Below are positions 27,590 through 41,562 of a stretch of 64,000 nt of DNA, piece after piece. The notes beneath the pieces were generated by a model. That model was given only the letters and a program-made list of their open reading frames with translations, made no database searches and was not told where the DNA came from. The DNA comes from Eledone cirrhosa (Eukaryota), in contig OZ024741.1 in NCBI GenBank assembly GCA_964016885.1, positions 91,326,001-91,390,000 on the forward strand, written 5' to 3'. A program made the translations under genes and the position numbers. Every line of letters starts with the position of its first letter. Position 1 is the stretch's first letter.

Positions 27590-27644
27590 TATACATGTGT
27601 GTGTATATATGTATGTATGATATGTATATATATATAAAAAAAAG

Positions 27645-27925
27645 TCTAAAGTCTGTCTTAAGCCAGAAGGCTCATTTGGCCGGTGCTTATCCTGGTTTCA
27701 TGGCGTGAAGCGACTGAGAGTACAAGACTCCCCTCTGGACAGGACGCCAGTCCATCGCAAGGTTAAACCTCCAGCTACTGCTGGTACTCATTTTCAGCTG
27801 AGTATACTGGAGTAACGTAAAATGAAGTGTTTTGCTCAAGAACACAACACGCAACCCAGGAATCGAACCCACGACATTATGATCCTAAGTCCAACACTCT
27901 TACCACTAGGCCACGTGCCTCCACT
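27645..27925 (-). mobile_element. tRNA-derived SINE with Meta-domain-like centre
   Basis: Minus strand A box tggcctagtgg, B box ggttcgattcc, gcgatggactggcgtcctgtccag...gaaaccaggataagc, short agacttt tail; partial plus-strand copy at 47335-47500. Confidence 0.8.
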
Positions 27926-28099
27926 ATATATATATAAATGAGGTTGTCATTAAAAAGGGCATCCAGCTGTAGAAACCAAGCCAAAATCAGTTCTGTATAA
28001 GCAAGATAAGGTCACTGGACCTAGCATTGCCCACACCAGGCCAACTCATCTAACCCATGCTAGCATGGAAAAATTGACGTAAAATGGTGATAGTAAGGA

Positions 28100-29235
28100 T
28101 AGCTTCAAAGGAGTGTTAGTGGGGTGGAGAAGATCAGATTTTAGGGTGGTAGGTGGGTTTTCACCAGCCCAGCATAATGACACCTTGCAGTACTTTGTCA
28201 TCTCTGTTGTAAGGTTCAGCTTCTTAAAGTCAATCTTCACTCCCTTATCCCATATCTTTCTGGATCTATCTGTTCCAAGAGTTCCACCCACAGAGATTTT
28301 GCTGCACTTTTTTATACAGCTGTCATTTTTCATAAGCATCAGATGTCCATATTACTGCAGCAATCTCTCTTGCACACTATATCCAATTCCTCTTATACCA
28401 AGTTTTTCTCTCACCTCACTTATGCTACATTGTTCATGCACACGGACATTACTCATCCATTGGAGCATACTCACTTGCTTTTTTTCTAGTATTCACACAT
28501 CTTCTGCAATCATGGTCCAAGTCTCATTGCTATGTAGCATTGCACTTTATGTGCAGGCATCATAGATTTCTACCCTTCACTCTGAGAGAGTAATCGTTTG
28601 TTGTCAGTAGAGGTACCAACTTCCTATACTTCTTCCAATCTGTTCTTACCTTGGCTATTACACTTACAGTTCATTCTCCTCCACTGTTGATTAAGTCCTC
28701 TAGATAACCAAAGCTGTAAACAACTTCTAGGGGAGGGGGGGTCTCTAGCAACTGAGGAAATCTATTTCACATGCACTCATACGGATTGCTTCTCCTATAC
28801 ATGTGCCACATGTAAAGTTTCTCTTCCTTTTTAACCTACCTGTAATCCTACATCTCTTGTGGATCCATAGATTACACAGTGTACACTTTATGGAGCTTCT
28901 GTCCACCTATTTTTGACACATAAATCAAAGCCACTTCCTTGATGGTAACTGTTTACTTTTAGGCCTTTCAATTCCAGGTTTTCTTTCCATGCCTGGAATT
29001 TGCCTCTAACTCTTCTATGGATTCAACTGTGAGGACTAGATCAAAAGCATGGAATGCCATTTTTAAAATCCTCCATACAGAAGGACAATGATAAATAAAA
29101 TTGGGTTGAGGACCAAGACCTGGTTGAACACCACCCGCACTTCAAATTCATTACTTTACTCATTTCCAACTCTCATCTCACACAGTGCTCAAGTGTGAAG
29201 GACTGTCAAAAGCCTTCTCTAGATCCACAATTTCC
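28100..29235 (-). mobile_element. Older decayed RTE LINE fragment (RT to C-terminus)
   Basis: Homologous to 29632-30890 (MKNDSCIKKC...RSRKIWD; aaagccttctctagatccac = VDLEKAF). Confidence 0.85.
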
Positions 29236-29283
29236 AGATCCCTCTACAGTATATATATATATATATATATATCTATATATATC

Positions 29284-32200
29284 TCATCATCATCATCATC
29301 ATCATCATCTTCGTTTAACGTCCGTTTTCCACGCTAGCATGGGTTAGACGGGAGTTGTCCCACTTGAGGCAAGGCTGGTCGGGTGACCGTGTCTCGCTCA
29401 TATAGGAGTATCTGGCAGGTTTTCTATGGCTGGATGCCCTTCCTAACACCAACCACATTTACAGTGTGGAACTGGGAACTTTTTACCGTGTTACCTACAC
29501 AACCACATTACAGCATGGACTGTGTGTGTTTTTAGTCGTGACACCTACACGAACTCGATCTCATTTTCTCGTGCTGTTGGTGGGAGTGGAAGGATAGGGT
29601 AGAGGTAGTAGATTGGGGTGTTAGGAGGTGCCTACAGACTGTAGGTTTCGCTTTGTACATAGGCAAGGTGGGTCTTCTGTATTACTGCATAGCGCCAAAG
29701 GTCTCGGTCCAGAGACATTGTCTTAGAGAGATGTAAGTGTGTGAGGTCAGAATTTATCAGATCATCCCAGGTTTTTCTGGGTCTACCTACTCCGTAACTA
29801 CCATCAATTTTGATCGCCCTGCACTTTTTTATGCAGCTGTCGTCTTTCATGTGCATCACGTGACCATACCAACGTAGTCTTCTCTCAAGTAAACAGCATC
29901 TGGTCCCTCTTATTCCTAATTTCTCACTTAGTTCATTTATGCTTTGCCGTTCATGTATATTACTATTACACATCCAACGGAGCATGCAAGCTTCATTCCT
30001 CTCCAGTCTGCGTATATCCTCTGCACAGAATGCCCAAGTCTCACTGCCATGTAGCATTGCTGTTCGTATACAGGCATCATACAATCTGCCTTTCATTTTT
30101 AGAGAGAAACCTTTTGTGGCCAACAGTGGTATAAGCTCTCTGAACTTTTTCCATCCCATTCTGACTCTGGCTACTGTACTTTCAGAACACCCTCCACCAC
30201 TGCTGATTTCATCACCCAGGTAATGGAAAGTGTCTACTATTTCTATAGAACCATCTGGGCAATGGAAGGAGCTAGTATCCTTTGGACACTTGCTACTTAT
30301 TGCACCTGAGCATTGGCCACATATAAAGTCTACGTTCTTAGATAGTTTACCTGTGATCCCACTACATCTTTTATGTACCCATACTTTGCATTTGGGACAT
30401 AAAATGGAATTTCTGCCTACTCCTTTCCTACACACTGAGCATGGCTATTTCCCTGAGGGCACCTGTGCCCTATTTTCCTTCTACAAACTAGAACTTTAGT
30501 CTTAGACAAGTTAACTTTAAGGCCTTTTGATTCTAGGCCATGCTTCCATGTTTCAAATTTCTTCTCTAGTTCAGCCATTGATTCAACTATGAGCATTAGA
30601 TCATCTGCGTATAGGAGTTCCTATGGGCAGCCGGTCTTGAATTCCTCTGTTATAGCCTGAAAGGCAATAATAAATAAGAGGGGGCTAAGGACAGAGCCTT
30701 GATGAACTCCAACTTTTACACTAAATTCTTCACAATATTCGTTGTTAATTCTAACCTTACTGACTGTTTCATTATACATAGCTTGTATAGCTCTCACAAG
30801 CCATTCATCTACACCTAGTTTTCTAAGAGCCCACCAGATAATGGAGTGGGGGACTCTGTCAAAAGCTTTCTCCAGCTCTACAAAAGCTAAGTAGAGGGGT
30901 TTACTTTTGTTTTAGCTAGGTACTTCTCTTGTAGTTGTCGTACAATGAAAAGAGCGTCTGTGGTACTTTTACCTGACACAAACCCAAACTGCATTTCATC
31001 TAGATCAATTCGCTCTCTGATTAGTTGCGCTATAACTCTTTCTGTGACCTTCATGACCTGGTCAACTAACTTAATACCTCCATAGTTTCTCCTATCTAGA
31101 GCATCCCCTTTACCCTTTGTAGCAGTTAATGATGATGCTGCTACACCAGTCTTTCGGTATGATCCCATTCTGTATTACTTGGTTAACTATACGGGTGACC
31201 ATAGTGTGTCCCACCATACCAGATGCCTTCAACATCTCAGCAACTATCTCCGAAGGCCCGACTGCCTTGCCTGTCTTCATATCTTTGATTGCCTTACTTA
31301 TTATACTTATTAACTTGCACTGCTGGTCCTTCTATTGGATCGATTTGGGGCAGACTATCTTTCTCCCATTTATTCTCCTCATTTAATAGTCTCTTGTAGT
31401 GACACTTCCAGGCTATCTTTCTATCAGCATCAGTGAGTGCCATACACCATTATCATTACGGATACACTTCTCCCTGACAATATCACGGTTTTCCTTGACA
31501 CATTGTCTAGCAATCCTGAACACCTCACGTTTTTGGTCCTCACGTTGCATAACATGCTTGAACTTTCTATCCTCTGCTACCTTTTTTGCAAGGTACACTT
31601 GTCTCCTAGCTTCTCTCCTGGCCACTTGATAGGGCTCTCTACTTCCCCCATCCTGCCATACTTTCGAAGCCTGCTTTTTGGCCTTGATTGTCTCCTCCAC
31701 CTTACTGTTCCACCATCAAGTTACTCTCCTCCTGCCAATAGGTCTCCTCCAGCCACAGATTTCATCCGTTGCTTTCAACAGGTTCACTTTCAAGAATTGC
31801 CACTGTTCCTCTATATTGCACGTCTGTAATTGCTCTTCCTTATTGTCAAAGGCATCAAGTAATAAGCTTTTAAATTTGTCACTGGCTATGGGGTCCTTCA
31901 ACTTCCATATTCTTCTCCTCAAGGTAGGCCTCCTCTGTTGTCGAGTACGTCTATTCCTGACTATGAGGTCACTAAATACTAGGCTATGTTGGGAGGTGCA
32001 TTCTTTACGGGGGAGGGATTTAGTGTTTACAACAGACATTTTGTCCCGTCTTCTAGTAAGGATATAATCTATCTGGCTGGCATGTTCCCCTGATCTATAG
32101 GTGATAAAGTGGTTTTCACGTTTTTTGAAGTTTGTGTTGCAGATAGTTAGGCTATTTGCATCACAGAATTCCAGGATTCTGAAGTCCTCCTCATTTCTAT

Positions 32201-32587
32201 TTCCAACGCCATAGCCTCCATGGATTCCATCATAGCCATCACTATGTTGTCCAACATGACCGTTTAGATCGCCAGCAATAATTAAGTAGTCGCTGTCGGT
32301 TATTTTGGAGGTAGTGTGCATTAGCATCTCATAGAATTAGTCCTTTATAACATCAGGTAGACCAGATTGGGGTGCATAAGCAGATATTATTGTTACAGTT
32401 GTTCTATTTAGAACTAGTCTTAATTCAATTATTCTGTCATTCACTCTATTTACGTCAATTACCTTATCTACCCATTTTTCAGCTAACATAATTCCTACAC
32501 CACCCTGTCCGTTGTCATTTCCCACCCAGAAAAGTTTATAGCATCGTTTTTTACCTACGATGAATCTGGCAGATCCCCCTCTCCACC
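29284..32587 (-). mobile_element. RTE-clade LINE, 5'-truncated, with frameshifts and stops
   Basis: APE endonuclease (ISAYAPQ, AGDLNGHVG, QIDYIL, SQH), RT (NYGGIKL, QFGF, DLEKAFD, VHQGSVLSP, YADD), Cys-rich insertion CRKGVG..C..C..WVHKRC..C..C, ETW and LRWYGHV...GRPRKTW C-terminus, (GAT)n 3' tail; (TA)n at both ends. Confidence 0.95.
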
Positions 32588-33277
32588 TATATATATATAT
32601 ATATATGTATATATATGTATATATATATATATATATACACATATATTTGTATGTATTCATCATCATCATTTAAAATCTGTTAGATGATATATATATTATA
32701 TATATATTTATATATCATCATCACAATTTAACATCCATTTTATAGTGTGGACTAGGTTGTTTTTGTTGTGTCACCGACATGACCACTTTACAGTGTAGAT
32801 AGGGGTTGGGGTGGAGAAGGTGTGTGGGTGAGTTGTGGAGTGTTAGGATGTGGGAAGTGTGTGGGGGGTTAGGATGTTAGGATGTGAGAGGTGTATGGAA
32901 TCATCATCATCCTCATCATTATTTTACATCCGCTTTTCCCTGCTTGCAAGGGTGGGACGGGAATTGATTCTGGCTTGATTTCTACAGCTGGATGCCCTTC
33001 CTAACACCAACCTCATTTTCAGTGAGTGCTGGGTCCTTTTTTGCCGTGGCACCTCCACGACCACTTTGCAGTGGAATGATATGGACCCCAGTCCCTATCA
33101 CCTCATTTCTACAGCTGAGTAAACTGGAGCAATGTGAAATAAAGTGTCTTGCTCAAGGAAACAACACATCACCCGGTCTGAGAATTGAACTCACAACCTT
33201 TCGATTGCAAGGCCAATGCTTTAACCACTAAGGAATATATATACATATATATATGTGTGTATGTGTGTATCTGTGTC

Positions 33278-33462
33278 TGGTAAACACTTTATTTCACATA
33301 ATTATCTCACATAATATCAAATCTATGAGATTTTGATATTATTTATTTTGAGAACAATACCTTAACAGAAGTATGGCCAGTTTGTACAGAAAGAGATGAA
33401 AGAATTCTGGCCAGATATGGCAGGTTTAAATGCTAAAGGGTTAAAGATAAAATGAAAAAAAA

Positions 33463-33502
<40 letters not shown>

Positions 33503-33686
33503 TTTTTTTTATTTTAGCTTTAACCCTTTAGCATTTAAACCTGCCATATCTGGCCAGAATTCTTTCATCTCTTTCTGTACAAACTGGCCATACTTCTGTT
33601 AAGGTATTGTTCTCAAAATAAATAATATCAAAATCTCATAGATTTGATATTATGTGAGATAATTATGTGAAATAAAGTGTTTACCA
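33278..33686. repeat. Near-perfect ~190-bp inverted repeat centred on (TA)n
   Basis: tggtaaacacttt...aaacaataa (TA)n ttattgttt...aaagtgtttacca. Confidence 0.95.
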
Positions 33687-33730
33687 TGTAAACACAATAG
33701 TAATTATAGAGTAATGTAAATGCTAAAGGG
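33524..33730. mobile_element. piggyBac-type MITE, 207 bp
   Basis: TIR CCCTTTAGCATTTA / TAAATGCTAAAGGG, TTAA on both sides (33520-33523, 33731-33734). Confidence 0.85.
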
Positions 33731-33879
33731 TTAAGATAACCATTAGACTTATTAAAATTTTCCAATGAAATAAAAAAAATACGACACCATTTATGAAAAA
33801 ATCATTATGACACTTGGTGTTGTGCTACTGGACTTCATTGGTTCCGGTTCCGACAGCAAGTGTTTAAGCTGTTCAATCA

Positions 33880-34185
33880 GCAAGAGGATGATGGGAATAA
33901 AGCCAGGGATGAATGATGTAAAGAGAAATGGAATGAAATAGTTGGGTTATGTGTTGAGGAAGGGTGATAGCAACTGGGTGAGAAAAGTAATGGAAATAAA
34001 TGTGAAAGGAAGTAAAGGAAGGAGAAGACAACTAAAGACATGGTATGGAATGGTTGAGAAGGAAATGAAAGACATGGCATTGGTGAGGGGGAATGCAGCT
34101 GATTTGTCTAAATGGATAAACTTGCCATGCCTTGCTGCAAGGCTTTAACAGAGAAAATGGCCATAAAACACATTATTGTTGATGT
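33880..34185 (+). mobile_element. Decayed RTE LINE 3' end
   Basis: GYVLRKGDSNWVRKVMEINVKGSKGRRRQLKTW followed by a cagagaaaatggccataaaacac tail; a related minus-strand remnant lies at ~860-1110. Confidence 0.75.
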
Positions 34186-34951
34186 TATGCCTACTCTAAA
34201 TAGAATTCTTAAAGAGATCTTGTTTGATACAGTGTGTGGCATGGCTGACCCTTCGAATTAAAGGTACAATTTGTTTTATCCAATTGTGTGGGCTGGAACA
34301 ATGTAAATCAAAGTGCCTTGCTCAACAATATAAACAACATAACAACACTAAAAAAATTAATGATTTTTCTTTGCAGTGGTACAAGATTATAAATGTTGAG
34401 TAGGACAATGGTCTCCTTCAGCTTGGCTTTGCATGGACATAAATGGCTCACTATGATATTTTGAAAGCTCATAAACAAAGAAAAGTTATTTGTGACATTC
34501 TAAAGCTTCTAATTTAACCATTTCATTGCTATATTTCTATAGAAATATTTTGCTTATCAGAAAAAAGCAATCATGAATTTGAAGAGATTTAGTAATATAA
34601 CTAAATTTCTCATTATTAAGGTGGTTTTGGAACATAACTTAAAGAATTTTCATATACAATTACAGTGAAAGGTTTTTAAATAAATATTGTAAATAACAGT
34701 TTAATACCATAGAGCCAGAAGTATTTCAAAGCAGTTTGGGAAGGGGTTAAAATGTTGTTCTTTTATTGATATAGGAAAATTAAAAAGACAAATGCATGCA
34801 CACACACACACACACACACACACACGTGTATATATATATATATATATATATAAAATGAAGGAAGTGTGGTAAGGAACCAGGTGGACCATAACATTCAGAC
34901 CTAGCTGTCGAAACGGCCGGAGCTCAGCCATCAGAGTCCTGACTCTTTTTT

Positions 34952-34990
<39 letters not shown>

Positions 34991-35272
34991 ATTATTATCA
35001 AATTCATAGGTTATCAGTAATATTTGGGGTTTGCATCATAAAATACCAAATTTAGCCCTTTTGATAACAACACAGCTAACACAAGGTCTGGTTCTATGAA
35101 ACAAAATCACCCATCTTAAAGAGTTTTGATTTAAGTTAAAATCTTCTTTCATAAGTTTATATAAGAATTAATGTTTCAAAGGTTATCATTAGTTAATTAA
35201 AATAGAGTGTGTTTCATTAGAAATATGGTCAAGAAAGGACTGTTTCTAAGTAATATTATTATGATAAGTAAC

Positions 35273-35464
35273 GGCGAATTGGCGGTAAATTAGCAGTATC
35301 GGTAGAGGGTTGGACGCCATGCTTTCTAGCATAGTTACGTCCCTTTACAGTCTGAGTTCAAATCCCGCTGAGGTAACTTTGCCTTTCATCCTTACGGGGT
35401 CGATAAAATAAAGTACCAGTAATGTACTGAGTAATTGCTGGTCTTGTGCCTAAGGTAGAAACAA
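35273..35464 (+). mobile_element. Same SINE family, full length with TSD
   Basis: Same core; 18-bp TSD attattatgataagtaac at 35255-35272 and 35464-35481. Confidence 0.88.
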
Positions 35465-36922
35465 TTATTATGATAAGTAACTTTGAAAAATCTTTATAAT
35501 TGCTATATTATAGGTGAAAAATTTCACCAGTGGTTAAATTCTGGAAATAATCTTTTATCATACTTCCCAGCATTAATCCCTAACAAAATATATATTTTCA
35601 AATTATTATACTGTATCAAATATATATATACTGTAGCAAATTATCAAGTTTCAACTTCTTAAACCCTTTTATGCCAATCTGCCAGATTGATAAAAAAACT
35701 GTATTTTAAAGTGCTTAAATTTATCTAAAATTCTTCAATCATAATTTCATGCAAGACTTTTGTTAAGTTAGTTTCCAAACACCAGCTTGAATCTCAATAA
35801 GAACTATGCTGAATGGAACTCAATAAGAACTATGTTCAGGGTGTTGTATCTGTGTTATTCTCTGCTATTTGCTTGTGTTCAATTGTTCAAACAACTGGTG
35901 CACTTGTTATTGGAACTGATAAAGGTCCAACACATACATATGTAAAGTAAAGTATACTTCCCTAACAAGGTAATGGTTTACTTTCCTTCCTTACATTATA
36001 TATCTAACTTCCAGTATTCACACTCGTTAAGTGCAGCTGAAATTACTGTTGCTATTAAAAGTATGATATCAACTAAGAATTTCAATTAGCATTTCCAACA
36101 AAATTCTCATTTTATTATATCTGTTTAAGTCCTTTGATATCAAACTGCTTGAAACTGCCTTAACTCCCGTCATACAAAATTGTATATTTTAACGTGTTTA
36201 TCTAAAAATTTCCATTATTATTTTATGTAAGAAGTTTTGTTATGCTCCAAAATCTGTAAGTAAGACACACACACACATACATTGTTGTAATGGTGATATA
36301 AATATGAATGCGCTATCAGGCAATGTAAACAAAGGAGACATGCCAATACATCTTTGTCAGCAGCCATTAAATTTTTTTGCATTTATATATGTCATCATCA
36401 TCATCCCCCTTCTAGAATGGGTTAGACGGCTGTCAAAGACCAAGTCCAGGTGGGCCAGAGCAACAGACATTTTGCTCATTACATTTCATATTTGGCATGG
36501 ATGTTATGGCTGGATGCCCTTCCTTATGCCAGCCACCCTACAGGGTCTACTGGGTGCATGGCCCCAGCATCACCATCCCCATATATATATATATATATAT
36601 ATATAAATACCTCATCGAAGCAAGGTATGGCATGGACAATTCTGGCCAGATTTGTCTCCTAATGTGGATGACCTGTCTAACCCATGCAAGCATGGAAAAA
36701 TGGATACTAAATGGTGAATATGATGATATATATATAGACCTGTAACACAGTGTATCTTGGGTATCTTAAACCAGTCTATCCCTTATATATATACATATAT
36801 GTGTTTGTGTGAATATTATACAAGTTTAAATAGTCCAGAGGTAAATAACTCAAAACTAAGATGCACAGTAGGTTATGTATATATGTATATATATACACAT
36901 ATATATATATATATATAAATAA

Positions 36923-36937
<15 letters not shown>

Positions 36938-37006
<69 letters not shown>

Positions 37007-37330
37007 TTAAAGAATAGAAAAGAGATGCTGGTAGTGGAATAAACAAGTTGGTGCTAGATATTGTTGAGAGAGAGAGAAAGAAAGAGACTGTGTGTGTGAG
37101 ACAGAGAGAGGGAGAGAGGGGGAGGGGGATAGAGGGGGGAGGGGGAGAGAGGGGAAGAGAGAGGGAGAGAGGGGGAGAGAGAGGGAGATAGAGGGAGAGA
37201 GGGGGAGGGGGATAGAGGGGGAGAAAGAGGGAGAGAGAGAGAGAGAAAGAGAAGGGGAGAGAGGGAGGGAGAGAGAAAGAGAAGGGGAGAGAAAGAGAGA
37301 GAGAAAGAGAAGGGGAGAGAAAGAGAGAGA
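36938..37330. repeat. (GA)n / purine-rich tract
   Basis: Direct inspection. Confidence 0.95.
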
Positions 37331-37558
37331 ATCGAGGAAGGAATATGCAGTAGGAATGGTAACTATAGTAACAGCAATATTATAGTGGCTACAGTCAACC
37401 AACAGATCAATGCTACACCTACATGTACACACACATACATACATGTGTATGTACACACATACAGAGTATAGTTGAATGCAATGTCGCCATAGCAACAGAT
37501 ACTGGTGCATCAACACAGTTCAAAGACATTCATATTTAATTTTATATTTTGTGTGTGT

Positions 37559-37607
<49 letters not shown>

Positions 37608-38829
37608 GTGTATCCTATATTCTATATATATACTATATATTTCAGTTGGTGTTGACAAAAATCCTTTTTTTATAAAAAACTAAAAAACAAAGCATTAATG
37701 ATTTAGGCCTTATGTCTTGTTCTGGTTGAGCAAATCTCAAAAGTGTTCCAGCCATGACAATCCGTTTTTTTGTTTTTTTTATCAAGGATTCGATATCTGA
37801 TACTACATCTAATGTAGTCTTAGATGTCTTTTCTTTTTTCAAGAAAATATGGTGTGATTTAAAGGTAGTTTGGCTGCTATTTCTACCAGGTTGAGCAGCC
37901 ATGTAGAAGCTGACTGTATTTTTTTCTTTTAAATCTTTACTTGTTTCAGTCATTAGACTGCAGTCATGCTGGTGCACCACTTTAAAGATATTCTATTTAA
38001 TCATATCGACTCCAGTATTTATTGTTTCAAGTTTGTTATTTATTTTATTGATCCCTTTTTGTCAAGCAGTTATTTCGTTTTATTAGTGTTGTTGTTGTTT
38101 GCCCACAGGTCTGTTATGATTCAACATACCTATGATTAAAGGTATTTTAGTCATGACCACCATGCCATTATTTCAAGCAGTTTATCTAATACTATGTTAT
38201 CTAGAGTATCCCTTCTGTTCATTAAAGATGGTCGCATATGATATGAGGGTGATTTGGCTGCAAATTCTACAACATCGTGTGAAAATGTAGAGACTCCAAA
38301 CTGATGGTAGTGTTGAAATTATATCCATTCAAGACATGACAACCTCCCTAGCACTGCACAATAAAATGTACTTGTATGTAAGCGAGATATAAGCTCCCAG
38401 CCCATCTGAGAGTTCAGTATCTCTGCATGAAAACTTGTCCAACTCTTGCAAGCAGGGAAGAGAGCCATTACAACTAATAGATGTTGCTGGAGTTGTATGT
38501 TTAAATTCAGACCAGGCCTATGATTAGAGGTGTTCCAACCATGATCATCATCTCATTTTTCAGTCCTAGTACACTTAGTATCACTTTATGCAATATGTCC
38601 TTACTGATTTTAAAAAGACAGTCAGGGTATAATTTGATGGGTGATTTAACTATTATTTCTTGGCGGTCAATCAGTTATGTGCTGAAGGGGTTCTTCACCC
38701 TTTTACAATAGCAGATTCCCGAAGATTTGTTTCCCACCTCACACTCTATGCAGAACTGTTAAAATTAACATCAATATCAATATCAATTGATATTCATATT
38801 GATGTTAATTTTAACAGATATCAATTGAT

Positions 38830-39405
38830 ATTGATAGTGTTGTTGTTATTGATATAGATGCTGTTAGTGTTGTAGGTATTGGTGGTTGTGCTGTAGGTGT
38901 TGATGTAAGTGTTGGTGGCGTTGGTGTTGTAGGTGTTGGTGTAAGTGTTATTGTTAGTGTTGACCTTGTTGTTGATATTGTTGTTGTTGTTGTTTTATAT
39001 GTTGACCTTGTTGTTGTTGGTGGTGTTAGTGTCAGTAGTTTTGGCACTATTGGTGAGGTTAGTGGCATTAGCATTGGTAATGTTGGAGGTGTTATGGTTG
39101 GTGTTCATGTTGGTGGTGTTGGTGTTAGAAGTAGTATGTTAGTGGTGGTTGTGTTGGTGGTGGTGCTGGTGTTAGTGGTGGTTGTGTTGGTGGTGGTGCT
39201 GGTGTTAGAGATGATAGTGTTGGTGGTGTTAGAGATGATAGTGTTGGTGGTGTTAGAGATGATAGTGTTGGTGGTGTTTGTGATGTTGTGTTGATGGTGA
39301 TGGTGTTATGGTTGATATTCGTGGTGTTGGTGTTAGAGACAATGGTAGTGGTGGTGTTGTTGTCAGAGGTAGTATGTTAATGTGGTTGTGTTGGTGGTGT
39401 TTTTA
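38830..39405. repeat. GTT/GGT low-complexity tract with 21-bp subrepeats
   Basis: gtgttagagatgatagtgttggtg repeated at ~39200-39275. Confidence 0.9.
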
Positions 39406-40114
39406 TATGGCAGAGATGATAGTCGTGCTGGTAGTAGCAATATTGGTGGAAATGCCAGAGCAATGATAGTAGTGATGATCAACAACAAGAACATTTACAT
39501 AGCAAAACAAAATACCATTTCTTTTATACATTCTTCATGCCTTTGTGCATTGAAATATTTCCACAAAGCCAAGCCAGTCTTATTATTGATGTTGAATTGA
39601 AATTATGCCCAGTCACTCACATTCACACGCACACTCATGATATGTCATAAACAGGAGTCTCAATGAAAAGGTGACACAAACAAGCCACAATCTACATTAT
39701 TATCTAGTTATTATCAGCCTTGGATTAACCATTTAACTAAATAAGTAAAATGTGCTTAGGGCCTGAAATATAGAAGGCCCCATAATGCTTTTTCTATGTA
39801 GAGTATATCAAGGCACCTTAATCATTTCAGTGCTTAGGGCTTCTAAATATCTTAATCTGATCTTGGCTTTTATAAACATGATACCAAGATGTTGTGGGTT
39901 GCCATATATGTACACATATACACATACTAACACACACACACACACACATATACATATGCATTGAAGTTAACCATTAAGCTCCTCGTGTTTTATGACTGTT
40001 TTACTTTAATATTTTTGTATTTATTAGTGAAAACAAACACTAATTGTATTGAGATACCATATTCTGTCTGTCTCTCTGCTTGTATGTATGTATTTATGTA
40101 TGAATGTGTATGTA

Positions 40115-40173
<59 letters not shown>

Positions 40174-40376
40174 GTCTATATATGTGTGAGAAGCTCAAAT
40201 TCAGAAATAACTGTAAAACAACTAGTTGCTCTAAATAATCATAGTATAGAAATTTGGGTGAATACCCTGGGCCGGTAAAAAGTGAACTCCTTCAGCCAAT
40301 CATCTCAAAGCCTTATAGAAATGGCAGTGAGCAGCTGTGAGAAAAAAAAATTATTTGATACATATTGTGTTTATAC

Positions 40377-40448
<72 letters not shown>

Positions 40449-40859
40449 GAGTAAGATCAAAATACCTGAGCAGAGTGCTCTGGATAAAGAAATGTATACA
40501 TACAAATAGATGCTTGATGTCAGAATATGGCAAATGAGAGATAAACTCCAAGCAACCAATACTATCCTCTTGACCAAAAGTCTCTTTAGAGGCTTTCAGG
40601 TCATGGAAAGCAAGCAAGTGAGATAAGCCCTGGCTGATTGAAGCTTTTTGACACAATTTAAGACCATGTAGTGGGAGTGGACCTTGTTTATAAGCAAACT
40701 TGTTGGAAGCAGCATACATATTTCGATCTTATTAGATTTCCTCAGTGAAATATATTCACTTTGCAGGCTGGTAATACTGAGAATATTCAGATAGATATAC
40801 AAAATGGGAAATGAGTAATGGACTATATGCATATACTTAGTTTCTGGAGAAAATCACTA

Positions 40860-41550
40860 GATGCAAGATATATCCAAATATCTTTTATCCCAGTCTTCGT
40901 TGAAGTATTTGAAATTGGTGAGATCAAGAATAAATGACTTGCATGAGAGCCATACTTGCCTAAATCCCAACCAGTATGACTTTCACTGTGGTAGAGATTC
41001 TACACTAATTTGACATCTTAAATCAGTAATTCTCAAATGAGAGACAATTTTAACCAAGAAAGTATTTGGAGAGGAATCCAAACTGGGAAAGAATAGTGCA
41101 TATTAAATTAAATACCAGTGTACCTAAATATAAGAGTGATGATGAATTAACATTCACTAGAAACTGCTGCTCCTGATGTAATCCAGTTGGGGACACTATA
41201 ATTATTGAGGTTTATAAAGCATCTTAATGTAATTTTTTACCCAAGTATCACTAGATGATGATTGAAAGTGGGGAGGAAATGCAGAAAGCTGAGATTCCAA
41301 GTGAAGGAATATGGCCTGGGTCTTTGAGAACAATTGTCATAAATGTTTAGGGAGAAGGTTCAAACACAGATGTTCTATATCTTGACATGAGTAAGGTCAT
41401 TGACAGAGTTGACAACAGAATACTGTTGGTAAGGAGAACCCAACATATTGTAATCAAAAGAATTCTTCAAAACTAGTCAAAGCCATTAGTAGTATCACAA
41501 AAGGCACTGTTTTTGGTCTACTTGTGTTCATTATTTACATCAAAACTTAG
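40860..41550 (+). mobile_element. Highly decayed CR1/L2-type LINE RT remnant
   Basis: 41370-41430 reads DVLYLDMSKVIDRVDNRILL (cf. DxIYLDFxKAFDxVxH); 41490-41540 resembles GVPQGTVLGPLLFxIYI. Confidence 0.6.
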
Positions 41551-41562
41551 GAAATGTTTACA

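Noticed and set aside
27850-27925. tRNA gene
   Set aside because: A and B boxes belong to a SINE head; no acceptor stem or poly-T terminator.
34895-34945. CTGATGG on minus and GAAAC on plus as a hammerhead
   Set aside because: The two boxes are on opposite strands.
39495-39600. Minus-strand KTGLALWKYF...EECIKEM as the missing first-loop exon
   Set aside because: Donor would be phase 0 (phase 1 needed), only one Cys, and no convincing acceptor.
40218-40300. Minus-strand CTGAAGG...GCAAC-ta-GTT in a (TA)n island
   Set aside because: Both core boxes deviate and there is no stem I.
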